Shown here one piece after another: positions 26,777 to 36,262 of a stretch of 64,000 bases of DNA (position 1 is its first letter; each line of letters opens with the position of its first letter). The stretch spans positions 1,536,001 to 1,600,000 of the forward strand of contig OZ220696.1 in NCBI GenBank assembly GCA_965116495.1, written 5' to 3'. The notes beneath the pieces were generated by a model. That model did not search any database. It saw only the letters and a program-made list of their open reading frames with translations, and was not told where the DNA came from. This DNA comes from Gammaproteobacteria bacterium (lineage in GTDB: Bacteria; Pseudomonadota; Gammaproteobacteria; Eutrophobiales; Eutrophobiaceae). The position numbers and the translations under genes were made by a program.

Positions 26777-28608
26777 TCCAGCACCTTCTTTTCCAGTTCC
26801 AGGCTGCTTTCTTCCAAGGCCAGGATATCGGCCTTGATCTCGGCCAGAGAGCGCAGAGGTTTGAACTCGTAAAAGTATTTGGTGAAGTTAATCTCATAGC
26901 CCGTTTTAGTCTTGCTCTCGTCAATCCAAGCATCGGGAAGATGTGGTTTGACCTCGTGCTGGAAATATTCATCGATGCTTTGCGGGATCAATTTACCGCC
27001 AGCATCTTCAGGGTCTTTTCGCAAAAACGGAATGTTCTCGTAGTCCCTCAGGCTGGTATCCGCTTTGGGTGAGCCGTCACGCCCGGTGACAATGGCGCCG
27101 TTTTCATCTTTTTGTGGTCGCTCAACCACCACGCGCCAGTAGCCAAAAAATTCATTCGGCAGGATCTTCACGAAATCGTTTTCTGCAAAATCGCCATAGA
27201 GTCTGGTGATAAAGCCGATCCCTTTAGCTTCGCCGTTTTCTGCTACCTGCTTGCGTTTGTTGCCCAGTGAACGCGGCATTCTCTCCCAGAAGCGGTTGAA
27301 ACTGCGTTCGCCGGATTGCATCAGTTCTTCATCCTTGTTGCCGGTGGCGTTGATCAGTTGTAACTTGCCTTTGCGCTCGGCGCTTTTGTGGTTGTTCAGT
27401 ATCCAGACGTAGGTGGAAATGCCGGTATTGTAGAACAGTTGATCCGGCAGGGCGATAATCGCTTCCAGCCAGTCGTTTTCGATAATCCACTGACGGATGT
27501 TGCTCTCGCCGCTGCCGGCCTGGCCGGTAAACAGGGGAGAACCGTTAAAGACAATCCCGATACGACTGCCGCCAGGTTCTTCCGGTTTCCGTGGCGGGGG
27601 TTTCGTTTTGCTGATCATGTGCTGCAAGAACAGTAACGAACCGTCATTAATGCGCGGCAACCCTGCGCCGAAACGTCCGGCATGGCCTTGGTTGTCGTGT
27701 TCGTCGGCAATGATTTTTTTTGCTTTTTTCCAGTCCACGCCAAAGGGTGGATTGGACAGCATGTAATCAAACCGTTCATCCCGCAGACCATCTATCGTAA
27801 ATGTATTGCCGAACTTGATATTGGCGGGGTTTTGCCCCTTGATCAGCATGTCGGATTTGCAGATGGCGTAGGACTCCGGGTTGATCTCCTGGCCGAACAC
27901 CTCCAGCCTGGCGTCAGGGTTGAACTCCTTGAGGCGCTGTTCGCCGATGGAGAGCATGCCGCCGGTGCCGCAGGCAGGATCGTAGAGTGTTTTGACGATA
28001 CCGGCCTGGGTCAGTGATTGGCTGTCCGCGTTGAACAGCACGTTCACCATCAGTTTGATCACCTCTCTGGGGGTGAAATGCTCCCCGGCCGTCTCGTTGG
28101 ATTGTTCCGCAAAGCGCCGGATCAAGTCTTCAAACACATAGCCCATTTGCATGGAATCCATCCCGGCCAGATCAATCCCGGCAAACCTCTTTACCACCTG
28201 AAACAGGATATCCGCCTTGGGATCATCCATGCGTTCAATCTGGTCATCAAAGTTGAAATACTCAATAATCTCCCGGGCCGAAGCCGAATAGCCATTGATA
28301 TGGTTGCGCAGGTTGGCCGCCACGTGGTTGGGGTCAGCCACGATTTTTGCAAAATCAAACGGGCTGCGGTTATGGAAATTGACCCCGGCAATTTTGTTCA
28401 AGGTGAGGTCTTTGGCGCTGTCGGAGAATTTTTCCACCCGGGGCAAATAATCAAGGACTTTTTGTTTGGTGGGCGCCAGCACGCAATCCAGACGGCGTAA
28501 CACCGTCATCGGCAGGATAACCTTGCCATAATCAGACTGCTTGTAATCACCGCGCAACAGGTCAGCCACATCCCAGATAAGGTTGGCTTTATCCTTGAAA
28601 TCTGTCAT
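26773..28608 (-). CDS. hsdM: Type I restriction-modification N6-adenine methyltransferase
   Basis: GEHFTPREV, YDPACGTGGML, NPPF. Confidence 0.95.
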   Translation of the reverse strand: MTDFKDKANLIWDVADLLRGDYKQSDYGKVILPMTVLRRLDCVLAPTKQKVLDYLPRVEKFSDSAKDLTLNKIAGVNFHNRSPFDFAKIVADPNHVAANLRNHINGYSASAREIIEYFNFDDQIERMDDPKADILFQVVKRFAGIDLAGMDSMQMGYVFEDLIRRFAEQSNETAGEHFTPREVIKLMVNVLFNADSQSLTQAGIVKTLYDPACGTGGMLSIGEQRLKEFNPDARLEVFGQEINPESYAICKSDMLIKGQNPANIKFGNTFTIDGLRDERFDYMLSNPPFGVDWKKAKKIIADEHDNQGHAGRFGAGLPRINDGSLLFLQHMISKTKPPPRKPEEPGGSRIGIVFNGSPLFTGQAGSGESNIRQWIIENDWLEAIIALPDQLFYNTGISTYVWILNNHKSAERKGKLQLINATGNKDEELMQSGERSFNRFWERMPRSLGNKRKQVAENGEAKGIGFITRLYGDFAENDFVKILPNEFFGYWRVVVERPQKDENGAIVTGRDGSPKADTSLRDYENIPFLRKDPEDAGGKLIPQSIDEYFQHEVKPHLPDAWIDESKTKTGYEINFTKYFYEFKPLRSLAEIKADILALEESSLELEKKVLE

Positions 28609-28817
28609 TTACGCTCCGGTTTGAAATTGTTTTGCGCGTGGGACCCTTCATGATTATACATCTCCCGCCAATGTTCAATCCTGGCGCAACAGCCCGTGAG
28701 ATGACTCTGTCAAACCCTACGAGGGGATGGTCCCGTTGTTATGGATGAGTCCTTACCAATAAGGGTGAGTATTTGATTTCCAGTTTCTGGTCAATTTTCT
28801 GGTAATGGATATGCGGT

Positions 28818-29147
28818 TCAGTACGCAAATAATTCCTGGAGGCGCCTGCACGACTCCTTCCGGGTGGTCTCATCAATAACACCCAGTTTTTTTACTAACC
28901 GTGATTTATCAACCGCCCTGATTTGATCAAGGAGGATCATCCCTTCCTTCCCTTGAAATTCACACCTTACGCGACAGGGCAAATGAAAACTCTTTGTTGT
29001 CATCGGAGCTACCAGCACAGTAGATAAGGCTGCCATTTCATCGGGTGAAATCACGATACATGGCCTTGTTTTGCTGATTTCCCTGCCCTTGGTCGGATTA
29101 AGCTTGACGAGCCAGACTTCGAAGCGGGCAACTTCCGGGATTACCAT
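28818..29147 (-). CDS. PemK/MazF family toxin
   Basis: VKLNPTKGREISKTRPCIVISPD..LDQIRAVDKSRL. Confidence 0.92.
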   Translation of the reverse strand: MVIPEVARFEVWLVKLNPTKGREISKTRPCIVISPDEMAALSTVLVAPMTTKSFHLPCRVRCEFQGKEGMILLDQIRAVDKSRLVKKLGVIDETTRKESCRRLQELFAY

Positions 29148-29413
29148 TCCAATTCTTCATCGGATGTTAATGTTGCATCCAGCCATTCATTATCTATTGC
29201 CTCAACACCGTGTACAGCTATTGCCGCCTCAATGGATTCTTTCCAGCCTTCCCTTGCCCTCTTGTTTGGAGTAACCAGGAGGCCATTGCTGACTACCTGT
29301 AATTTAAGCTCTCTTCCTTCCAACTGAGCCTGTTCTACGAGTGGTTTCGGAATTCTGATGCCCTGCGAATTACCAATTTTGACCAAGTGAGCCATGATCG
29401 TGACCTTGTACAT
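29141..29413 (-). CDS. AbrB/MazE family antitoxin
   Basis: LVKIGNSQGIRIPK; overlaps the toxin start; alternative ATG at 29395. Confidence 0.9.
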   Translation of the reverse strand: MYKVTIMAHLVKIGNSQGIRIPKPLVEQAQLEGRELKLQVVSNGLLVTPNKRAREGWKESIEAAIAVHGVEAIDNEWLDATLTSDEELEW

Positions 29414-29429
29414 TAAACGATTTTAAGTA

Positions 29430-29458
29430 AGCATAATGTAATTACATCCGGCGTTCAA
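29430..29458 (-). promoter_or_regulatory. mazEF promoter with palindromic operator
   Basis: TTGAAC-17 bp-TATGCT with palindrome ATGTAATTACAT (29436-29447) in the spacer. Confidence 0.65.
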
Positions 29459-29466
29459 GAGTTAGC

Positions 29467-29549
29467 AGAAAAGGGGACAGATTTATTTTTCAGTATAATG
29501 GAGTGCAGCTCTGGAATGGCCTGGAAAAAATAAATCTGTCCCCTTTTCT
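29467..29549. repeat. GGGGACAGA-type inverted-repeat element
   Basis: AGAAAAGGGGACAGATTTATTTTT ... AAAAATAAATCTGTCCCCTTTTCT, immediately after the copper oxidase stop. Confidence 0.88.
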
Positions 29550-29550
29550 T

Positions 29551-31572
29551 TTAATACCGATACTCAAACCCTGCCCCGGTCTTGAAGTCTGAATCATAGC
29601 CGGCGGTGATGGCCATTTTCTTGTTGATTTCATAAGACAGTATCACCCGGTACTCATCTTCGGTATTCCAGTTCCAGTCAAATCGAAGCCGGTTCGTCAA
29701 CTGCAGGGCGCTTTCCAGCTCCAGGCGAACATGGCCGGTGCTGTCGAAGCGCAACTCTGAATCGATCAACAGCGGCAACGTGTAATTGATACCTGCTATC
29801 GCCAGGTCGTCGGTCTCGCCTTCGTCCCGTTCAAAGTTGGCGCCCGCAAACAGTAATAAGAAGCGTGTTATCTGTCGTTGGTAGCTGACCTCAACATCGT
29901 ATTCAGCGTCGTAATCGTAGTCATACTCCACCTCAACACCATTGCGCCGGTTGTACGCCCATAACCGCCCGGCCATCATGTGGGATTGAAACGACGTATC
30001 CGCAAAGCGATACCAGGGATTACCGTTTTCAACGTGATACCGGTAGAACCTCGAGTTGCGATAATCATCCCCTGCGGCAGGCACATAACTCACCACCCGC
30101 GCCATGCCGCTCTTCATGTGATACAGGTTGTGGCAATGGAAAAACCAGTCCTTTTCCTCATCGGCGGCGAACTCAATAATGACCGTATCCAGCGGCGGCA
30201 CGTTCACCGTGTGTTTTAACGGCGCGTAATCATGCTCACCATTCAGTACCCGGAAGAAATGGCCATGCAAATGGATGGGATGGTGCATCATCGTCTCGTT
30301 GATTAACCTGAAACGGACGACTTCACCCTTTTTAATCCTGATCTTGTCAACTTCGGTCAGGGTTTTATCATCAAACGACCAGGTATATCTTTCCATAGTA
30401 CCGGTCAGGCGCAGGGGTATTTCCCTGGTTTTCCGTTCCGCATCGAACGACGTCGGGGTTTTCGCCCTCAAACCGGCATATTCACTGGTGCCGTGCATGG
30501 AACCATGCCGGTCAGCGTGAACTACCCTGCCGCGCCTGCGACTATGGCTTGCGTGCCCCACCAGGTAAAGATTGGGTTTTGGCGCGGGGATAACGGAAAC
30601 CGGTTCACCCGAACCCAGGTACCAGGACGCATACCCCGAGCCGTCTTCCGCCGTTGCCCGCACCTCATAGCGTCTGCCGGCGCGGATATCTACGACCACG
30701 TCATAGGTTTCAGCGGTTGCCAGCCGCAACCTCTCCACCGCCCTCTCCACGACGGGCACGCCGTCCGCCTCTATCATGGTCATGTCGCCGCCGCTGAACT
30801 CGACGTGGAAATAACTGGATGCCGAAGCATTGATGATCCTGAGCCTGAGCCTCTCGCCCGGTTTGATTTCAGTATTATGCAGGCTTTGTTTTCCATTGAT
30901 CAGGAACGCGTCGTAACCTACATCGGACAGGTCCATGGGACCCATACGTATCAAGGCGCCGTTGATCCTGTTTTTCAGCGCCTGCCTGCCGTTTCGAAAA
31001 ACACCCTGCCAGGACTGGACGGTATTTTTTTTCAGCGCATAATAATCGTCTTCACGCTTGAGGTTCCTCAGCACCGTTCCCGGGTGTTCATCGGTCCAGT
31101 CCGACAGGACCAGGACCAGTTCCTTATCGTAATAATATGTCTCTGCCGGGTCGCGGAACACCAGCGCGCCGTAAAGCCCCCGTTGCTCCTGCAATCCGGT
31201 GTGGGCGTGATACCAGTAGGTGCCGGAATGGGTAACGGGATACTCAAAGGTCAACGATCCTCCGGCTGCTATGGGCGGTGTCGTCAGGTATGGTACGCCA
31301 TCCTGGTCGTTCGGCAGGAGAACGCCATGCCAGTGAATGGAGGTCTCCACGTCCATCCGGTTGTTAAAGGTAACTCTTAGCGTGTCATTCAGGTTTGCCT
31401 GTATGGTCGGGCCGGGAATGTTGCCGTCGATCACCATGGCAGGCACCCGTTTGCCGGTAATATTGACATCCAGGTAGTCAATATCAAACTCATAACTGAC
31501 CATCTCAGCCATACTCCAGCCCGGTACGGACAGGATGTGCCACAGCAGTGCTGATAACAAAAACTTGTGCAT
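29551..31572 (-). CDS. Multicopper oxidase (CopA-like) fused to a C-terminal beta-rich CopB-like domain
   Basis: IHWHG, WYHAH, HPIHLHGH, HCHNLYHM; signal peptide; C-terminal alternating strands ending in GFEYRY. Confidence 0.9.
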   Translation of the reverse strand: MHKFLLSALLWHILSVPGWSMAEMVSYEFDIDYLDVNITGKRVPAMVIDGNIPGPTIQANLNDTLRVTFNNRMDVETSIHWHGVLLPNDQDGVPYLTTPPIAAGGSLTFEYPVTHSGTYWYHAHTGLQEQRGLYGALVFRDPAETYYYDKELVLVLSDWTDEHPGTVLRNLKREDDYYALKKNTVQSWQGVFRNGRQALKNRINGALIRMGPMDLSDVGYDAFLINGKQSLHNTEIKPGERLRLRIINASASSYFHVEFSGGDMTMIEADGVPVVERAVERLRLATAETYDVVVDIRAGRRYEVRATAEDGSGYASWYLGSGEPVSVIPAPKPNLYLVGHASHSRRRGRVVHADRHGSMHGTSEYAGLRAKTPTSFDAERKTREIPLRLTGTMERYTWSFDDKTLTEVDKIRIKKGEVVRFRLINETMMHHPIHLHGHFFRVLNGEHDYAPLKHTVNVPPLDTVIIEFAADEEKDWFFHCHNLYHMKSGMARVVSYVPAAGDDYRNSRFYRYHVENGNPWYRFADTSFQSHMMAGRLWAYNRRNGVEVEYDYDYDAEYDVEVSYQRQITRFLLLFAGANFERDEGETDDLAIAGINYTLPLLIDSELRFDSTGHVRLELESALQLTNRLRFDWNWNTEDEYRVILSYEINKKMAITAGYDSDFKTGAGFEYRY

Positions 31573-31690
31573 AAATAATGTCCCCGTATAGGTAACAGGT
31601 TGACCTCTTGCGCAAAAGCCATACAGGATTGAACCGGCGTTTCTCCCGCAAGGGATACGCGTTCGGAACTTCTCTATTCAGACAGACGGA

Positions 31691-32044
31691 CTACGGGTGA
31701 AGTTTTGGGGGATGGAAAATAGCGTCCGGACGGGAATATAGATAGGCGGTAACGGAGTAGGCAATAAGCGTGCTATTGATATTCGGCCCGCTGCCACCAA
31801 GTTGGAACATGGCAGAAAAGCCCGTGCCGATACAGCAATGCCGGGCATCGCAGGATTCAGTTGAATTGGTTTCGCCGGCCTGTGCCTGGTGGCAATCGTC
31901 CGTGACTTCAGCGATGTCTTCCCGGCTTTCCAACCGGGAGTTGTCCCGGGATGTCTGGGAACAAAATTCAAACACGCCTGCAGGGACCTGGAAGACGAGT
32001 GAGGATAGCATGATAAACAGCATCAGTCGGCTGCATTTACTCAT
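31691..32044 (-). CDS. Small Cys/His-rich protein upstream of the copper oxidase (putative metal-binding)
   Basis: Hydrophobic N-terminus, DDCH..SCDARHCC, C-terminal FHPPK. Confidence 0.55.
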   Translation of the reverse strand: MSKCSRLMLFIMLSSLVFQVPAGVFEFCSQTSRDNSRLESREDIAEVTDDCHQAQAGETNSTESCDARHCCIGTGFSAMFQLGGSGPNINSTLIAYSVTAYLYSRPDAIFHPPKLHP

Positions 32045-32073
32045 GCGGGAAAGTATAGTGCAAAATGGTTTCC

Positions 32074-33246
32074 CTATCCTTTTAAAATTCGCTCGCCTAA
32101 CCGTTTCGCCCACCATTGGTTAAACTCCCAGACGCAACGTTCGTAGGGGACGGACAACCTGCCCTGCTCATAAAACGGGCTGCGAATACCTGCCTGGCAA
32201 CGTGCAAAAGCGGGCATGTCGTCACTCTCGTGAACGGTCCGCACCCATTGAACACGGTCCCGGATCGCCTGTTCTAGCGCCGGGTCTTCAACCGTGCTGC
32301 GCGACACCAGGTCATTCAACCAGAGATCGTGACTCTCTGCTGATGTCGGCATTAAGCGGTAATATGCAACCATGTCGGCGCCAATCCCCAGCAGCAGGTT
32401 AGGCCAGACGAACACCACCATGGGTTCCAGCCGGTCGGCTTCGCTGAGAGTTTCAATAAACGGCAGGTCCATGCCACCGTCAATATTGGTTGCCGACGGG
32501 GCCTGTGCCTGACCAAAGCTGAGGACCGAATAGCTGCCCGTGCTTGCTATGGGGTAAGAGTTGGCGGCCGGATAGGTGGGCTGAAACGTTTTTACATGGG
32601 CGCCGAGATGATGGTAGGCCTCAACAAATGATTCCGCATTGATTTTCCAGTTCTGGCGTTGATCATAATAAAAGGCGTCATGTGCCGGAACCAGGTCGGC
32701 CATTCGCCAATTTGCCAATAGCTTTTGTAAATCCGTCAACTGGGCATGCAGCGGTTCTGCATCGCCGCTGATATTGACGAATATAAACCCTTCCCAGATC
32801 TCGGTGCGCATTTGCCTCAGGCGGCAGTTCCTCCGATCAAAGTTTTTGACCTTATCCATCAACGGCGCCGCTTTCAGCCGGCCGTCGAGTTCATAGGTCC
32901 AGGCATGGAACGGGCATATGAACAGTCTTGCATTACCACTGCCTTCGGCAACCAGGGTGCCCTTGTGCTGGCAGACCCGGGACATGAGGTGAATGTCATC
33001 ATTTTGATCGCGTGTCAGCACCAGGGGGTAGTCGAATACATCCATACACAGATAATCACCGGGATTCGGGACCTGGCTGACGTGGGCCACGTTGACCCAG
33101 TGTGTCAGGAATAATTGTTCCGCTTCCTGTTCGAAAATATGCTCTGACACGTAGGCGGCCCGGGGCAGGTTACAGGCCTCATCCAGGGGCAGTCTGACTT
33201 TGGCAAGTTGCTCCGGTGTCACGAACTGGTTATGCGTCAGGGTCAT
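32074..33246 (-). CDS. Rieske non-heme iron oxygenase alpha subunit
   Basis: CQHKG..CPFHAW; ESFVEAYHHLGAH. Confidence 0.9.
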   Translation of the reverse strand: MTLTHNQFVTPEQLAKVRLPLDEACNLPRAAYVSEHIFEQEAEQLFLTHWVNVAHVSQVPNPGDYLCMDVFDYPLVLTRDQNDDIHLMSRVCQHKGTLVAEGSGNARLFICPFHAWTYELDGRLKAAPLMDKVKNFDRRNCRLRQMRTEIWEGFIFVNISGDAEPLHAQLTDLQKLLANWRMADLVPAHDAFYYDQRQNWKINAESFVEAYHHLGAHVKTFQPTYPAANSYPIASTGSYSVLSFGQAQAPSATNIDGGMDLPFIETLSEADRLEPMVVFVWPNLLLGIGADMVAYYRLMPTSAESHDLWLNDLVSRSTVEDPALEQAIRDRVQWVRTVHESDDMPAFARCQAGIRSPFYEQGRLSVPYERCVWEFNQWWAKRLGERILKG

Positions 33247-33258
33247 GTAGTGTTCCTC
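33226..33258. repeat. 33-bp direct repeat, copy 1 (covers the Rieske RBS and start)
   Basis: CTGGTTATGCGTCAGGGTCATGTAGTGTTCCTC. Confidence 0.95.
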
Positions 33259-33336
33259 TCTAATCTACCCCATCAATAAACCTTTTGACTGTACGTTAAG
33301 TTGTTTAGAAATGAAAGAGGTTACACTTACTTCAGA

Positions 33337-33361
33337 CATGACTGATTAGTCATGATATAAT
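33337..33361 (+). promoter_or_regulatory. Operator palindrome plus extended -10 of the cassette promoter
   Basis: CATGACT-GATT-AGTCATG directly followed by TGaTATAAT. Confidence 0.65.
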
Positions 33362-33392
33362 AGCCATTTGAACAGCTGCTCAGATTGCGTAA

Positions 33393-33830
33393 ATGGATAT
33401 TCCAGCATTACAGGAGAATGGCGAGTTGCCTCCGGGTGAACATCCAGCCACTGTAGATGATGTCGAAACGGTATTCGGTTCCACTACAGGTCGTAGAAGA
33501 TTATTGATGCGGGGATTACGCGCTGCAATTGCTAATTTTGAGTTGTCCAGTGTAAAGACGCTTTGGCTCAATGGCAGTTTTACTACGGACAAGAATGAAC
33601 CGAACGATATAGATGGTTGTTGGGAATACACGCCGAATGTTGATATTAAAAGACTTGACCCTGTTTTTTTAGGGTCAAGAAAAGCAATGAAAGAAAAATA
33701 TGGACTGGATTTCTTTATATCAAACATTGCCGAAGCGGAAAGCGGCCTTCCGTTTCCTGAGTTTTTCCAGGTTAATCGAGAAGGTGAACCGAAGGGCATT
33801 ATTGTTATCAGGTTAGGAGATTCAGAATGA
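33393..33830 (+). CDS. DUF6932-like Pol-beta-fold nucleotidyltransferase, putative toxin
   Basis: NGELPPGEH; LNGSFTTDKNEPNDID (GS..DxD); C-terminal PKGII. Confidence 0.75.
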   Translation: MDIPALQENGELPPGEHPATVDDVETVFGSTTGRRRLLMRGLRAAIANFELSSVKTLWLNGSFTTDKNEPNDIDGCWEYTPNVDIKRLDPVFLGSRKAMKEKYGLDFFISNIAEAESGLPFPEFFQVNREGEPKGIIVIRLGDSE

Positions 33831-34237
33831 TTACCAGCGATAAACAGTATGAGGCTGCAAAAAAACAACTGGCCATGCTTATAGAATCCCTTTCTTCTCC
33901 TGTAAAGAAAGGCGTTCCCAATGAGATAGAACAGGCAGGTCGAGCGCAGACGCAGGAATTAATTGATGAAATTCAAGAATCTGTTAACGAGTATCATGCG
34001 CTCAGAAACAGCAGACCTTCAGACGTGGAAATTCATTCAGTGGAAGATTTGATGGTTGCGCCAATTCGCTACCGAATAGCAGCCCACATGAGTATTGATG
34101 AATTTGGCCGCAAAGTGGGTATCAGCCCAAGACAGATTGCGCGCTATGAGAACGAAGGCTATCAAAACATTAATTCCAGCACCTTCCGGAAAATATTAAA
34201 GGGCTTGAATATTCTTCTTCATGGGAAAGTAGCGTAA
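33827..34237 (+). CDS. XRE-family HTH protein, putative antitoxin
   Basis: MITSDKQYE N-terminus; MSIDEFGRKVGISPRQIARYE HTH; ATGA overlap with the upstream gene. Confidence 0.8.
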   Translation: MITSDKQYEAAKKQLAMLIESLSSPVKKGVPNEIEQAGRAQTQELIDEIQESVNEYHALRNSRPSDVEIHSVEDLMVAPIRYRIAAHMSIDEFGRKVGISPRQIARYENEGYQNINSSTFRKILKGLNILLHGKVA

Positions 34238-34249
34238 CTGGCGTCCATT

Positions 34250-34282
34250 CTGGTTATGCGTCAGGGTCATGTACTGTTCCTC
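34250..34282. repeat. 33-bp direct repeat, copy 2 (covers the MFS stop and an abortive Rieske start)
   Basis: CTGGTTATGCGTCAGGGTCATGTACTGTTCCTC, 32/33 identical to copy 1. Confidence 0.95.
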
Positions 34283-35412
34283 GCGGCAGCTTTCCACATG
34301 ATTATCAATCCGATGGGTAATGAGAGCAAACCTGTCCAGAGTACCGGACCGTAACCCGCATCACCCAGTGCGTACGTTACCAGCGCCGGCCCTGAGGCCA
34401 GTGATGACGGGAACACCACTGCAAGTCCTACCAGTAAGCGGCCGTTTGAATCAATATCGGCGATGATCGCTGACAGGTACGGCAGGCAGAAGTACCAGGC
34501 CGCGTTAAACAGGCATGCTGCGATGATATAGTGATTAACGGATTGCATGCCCCACAGGAAACTGATACCGGTTGCCGAACAAATCATGCTGGCGACAACG
34601 GGGAGGCGGCGACCCCACCTGTCCCCAAGCCAGGTGGCCAGGGCCGCGCCGAAGATTGCCAGCACTATGGAGGCCGACAGGATACTTCCCACGCTGCCGG
34701 GTTCAATGCCCGCAGCCATACCGATACGCTCGAAATAAGCCCATACTGCCGCCTGCCCGCCATAATAAATGAATATGCCAAGCAGACCTGTGAGGCCGAG
34801 GAACAGTCTGTTATGTTTGTCCGGCGTGGCGCCGGCATCTCTGCCATGTTCCGGGAAGCTTTTAGCCAGGGGTAATACGAGTAGCGCAAGAACGGTTACG
34901 GTAAGAAAAGGCGCGGCAAGACCATATGCTGATATCTGAGCGGGCAATAAATACAGTCCGGCAGCGCCGACTATTAACTGCGTCACCGCCCAGAAGCCGT
35001 AGTTACGGTCAAAATTCGTGGTCAGACCGATGGAAACTATGGTGACATTCATTAACAGACCGGCGCCGAGTCCCGCCAGGAACCTGAATCCAGCCAGTTC
35101 AGCATAACCGTGCAGGTACGTCGAGGTGATATTGCCCAACACGGCGATGAACACCCCGGCAAGCAGGATATGACGCCAGTTAACACGGGTGATGATGGCG
35201 AACACAAGCGCCGAACTGAGCGCATAGCCCGTCATTTCAAGGGAAAATAGATAACCGGCCTGCGTCTCCGTCATCCCTTCGATGTCAACATATGCGCCGA
35301 TAATGATTGGCCCGAACAATAATACCGCAATGCCTACCGCTGAGGTATAGGCATAGGCGAATATCGATAGCGGCCTGTCGGGATAGAATGAAGAAACTGA
35401 TTTGTCTGGCAT
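34267..35412 (-). CDS. MFS transporter
   Basis: About 12 TM segments, WLGDRWGRR; same subfamily as 34..1185; ATG at 35412 preferred. Confidence 0.88.
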   Translation of the reverse strand: MPDKSVSSFYPDRPLSIFAYAYTSAVGIAVLLFGPIIIGAYVDIEGMTETQAGYLFSLEMTGYALSSALVFAIITRVNWRHILLAGVFIAVLGNITSTYLHGYAELAGFRFLAGLGAGLLMNVTIVSIGLTTNFDRNYGFWAVTQLIVGAAGLYLLPAQISAYGLAAPFLTVTVLALLVLPLAKSFPEHGRDAGATPDKHNRLFLGLTGLLGIFIYYGGQAAVWAYFERIGMAAGIEPGSVGSILSASIVLAIFGAALATWLGDRWGRRLPVVASMICSATGISFLWGMQSVNHYIIAACLFNAAWYFCLPYLSAIIADIDSNGRLLVGLAVVFPSSLASGPALVTYALGDAGYGPVLWTGLLSLPIGLIIMWKAAARNST

Positions 35413-35431
35413 TGGACTTAAGGTTCCCACT

Positions 35432-36235
35432 CTAACCTGAGCAATAACTGATAACGTCCCATTCGTGTCCGCTGTTATCTGCAATTACGACTGCATCATC
35501 ATCCGAGTCCAGTAACCATCCGAGGGCCAGGGTTTGACCTTCTCTCCAGGGCAGGCTCGACAGCACGATTTCGTATTCATCACTGTGTTCGCATTTCGCG
35601 TAGGAGAATTCCGTGTCAAGATAAGTGTAAACACTGTCACGGTCAGCAATATTTTCAGCAACTATTTCCTGCAACGGCCGTTCCTGGCCAATCACTACTG
35701 AACGATCAACGGCCAGCACGGCATGCGCGCCTGCAACATAGAGGTTCGTTGTTGTTTCGCTGTCCCGGCACAGCAGGTGTATGGCGAATTCCCGGGAGTT
35801 GTCCAGTAATCGCCAGTCTTCCACATAGGCGCCGCTGGGTGCATATTCCATCATACTGACACCCTCCTCTTTCCATTCAAACCAGCCATCTTCCGGAAAG
35901 TTGATGACAGGCTGTAGCATGAAACCGGATTCCCCACTCTCCCATGTTGCTGTCGGATAGGGCGTCGCGGTTTTATCCACAACAGTTATACCGCAGGCAC
36001 AATCCTGTTCAGCCAATGCAATCAATTCATCATCACTGCATTCGGATATTTGCCGGCGTTCGGAAAAGTCAGGCCGTTCGGCACTGATACGCATATCGGC
36101 CAGACCGGAGGGAGTCTGTAGCCAGATGACACGGGTGCCGGTATCCTCGGTACCGTCTTCAAACCGGATATAACGCCTGCGCCAGCAACCGAGCATGTGA
36201 TCAGGAACGGTCTGATTACCGATAAGCAAGGGCAT
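35432..36235 (-). CDS. Hypothetical protein, HRI1-like beta-barrel
   Basis: GCWRRRYI..DTGTRVIWLQT..ADMRI..YVEDWR; family call tentative. Confidence 0.6.
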   Translation of the reverse strand: MPLLIGNQTVPDHMLGCWRRRYIRFEDGTEDTGTRVIWLQTPSGLADMRISAERPDFSERRQISECSDDELIALAEQDCACGITVVDKTATPYPTATWESGESGFMLQPVINFPEDGWFEWKEEGVSMMEYAPSGAYVEDWRLLDNSREFAIHLLCRDSETTTNLYVAGAHAVLAVDRSVVIGQERPLQEIVAENIADRDSVYTYLDTEFSYAKCEHSDEYEIVLSSLPWREGQTLALGWLLDSDDDAVVIADNSGHEWDVISYCSG

Positions 36236-36262
36236 AAACGGCAACGACGAGAATTGATTCGC

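Noticed and set aside
33259-34249. Integron cassette
   Set aside because: No attC-like structure or intI seen; the flanks duplicate host coding sequence.
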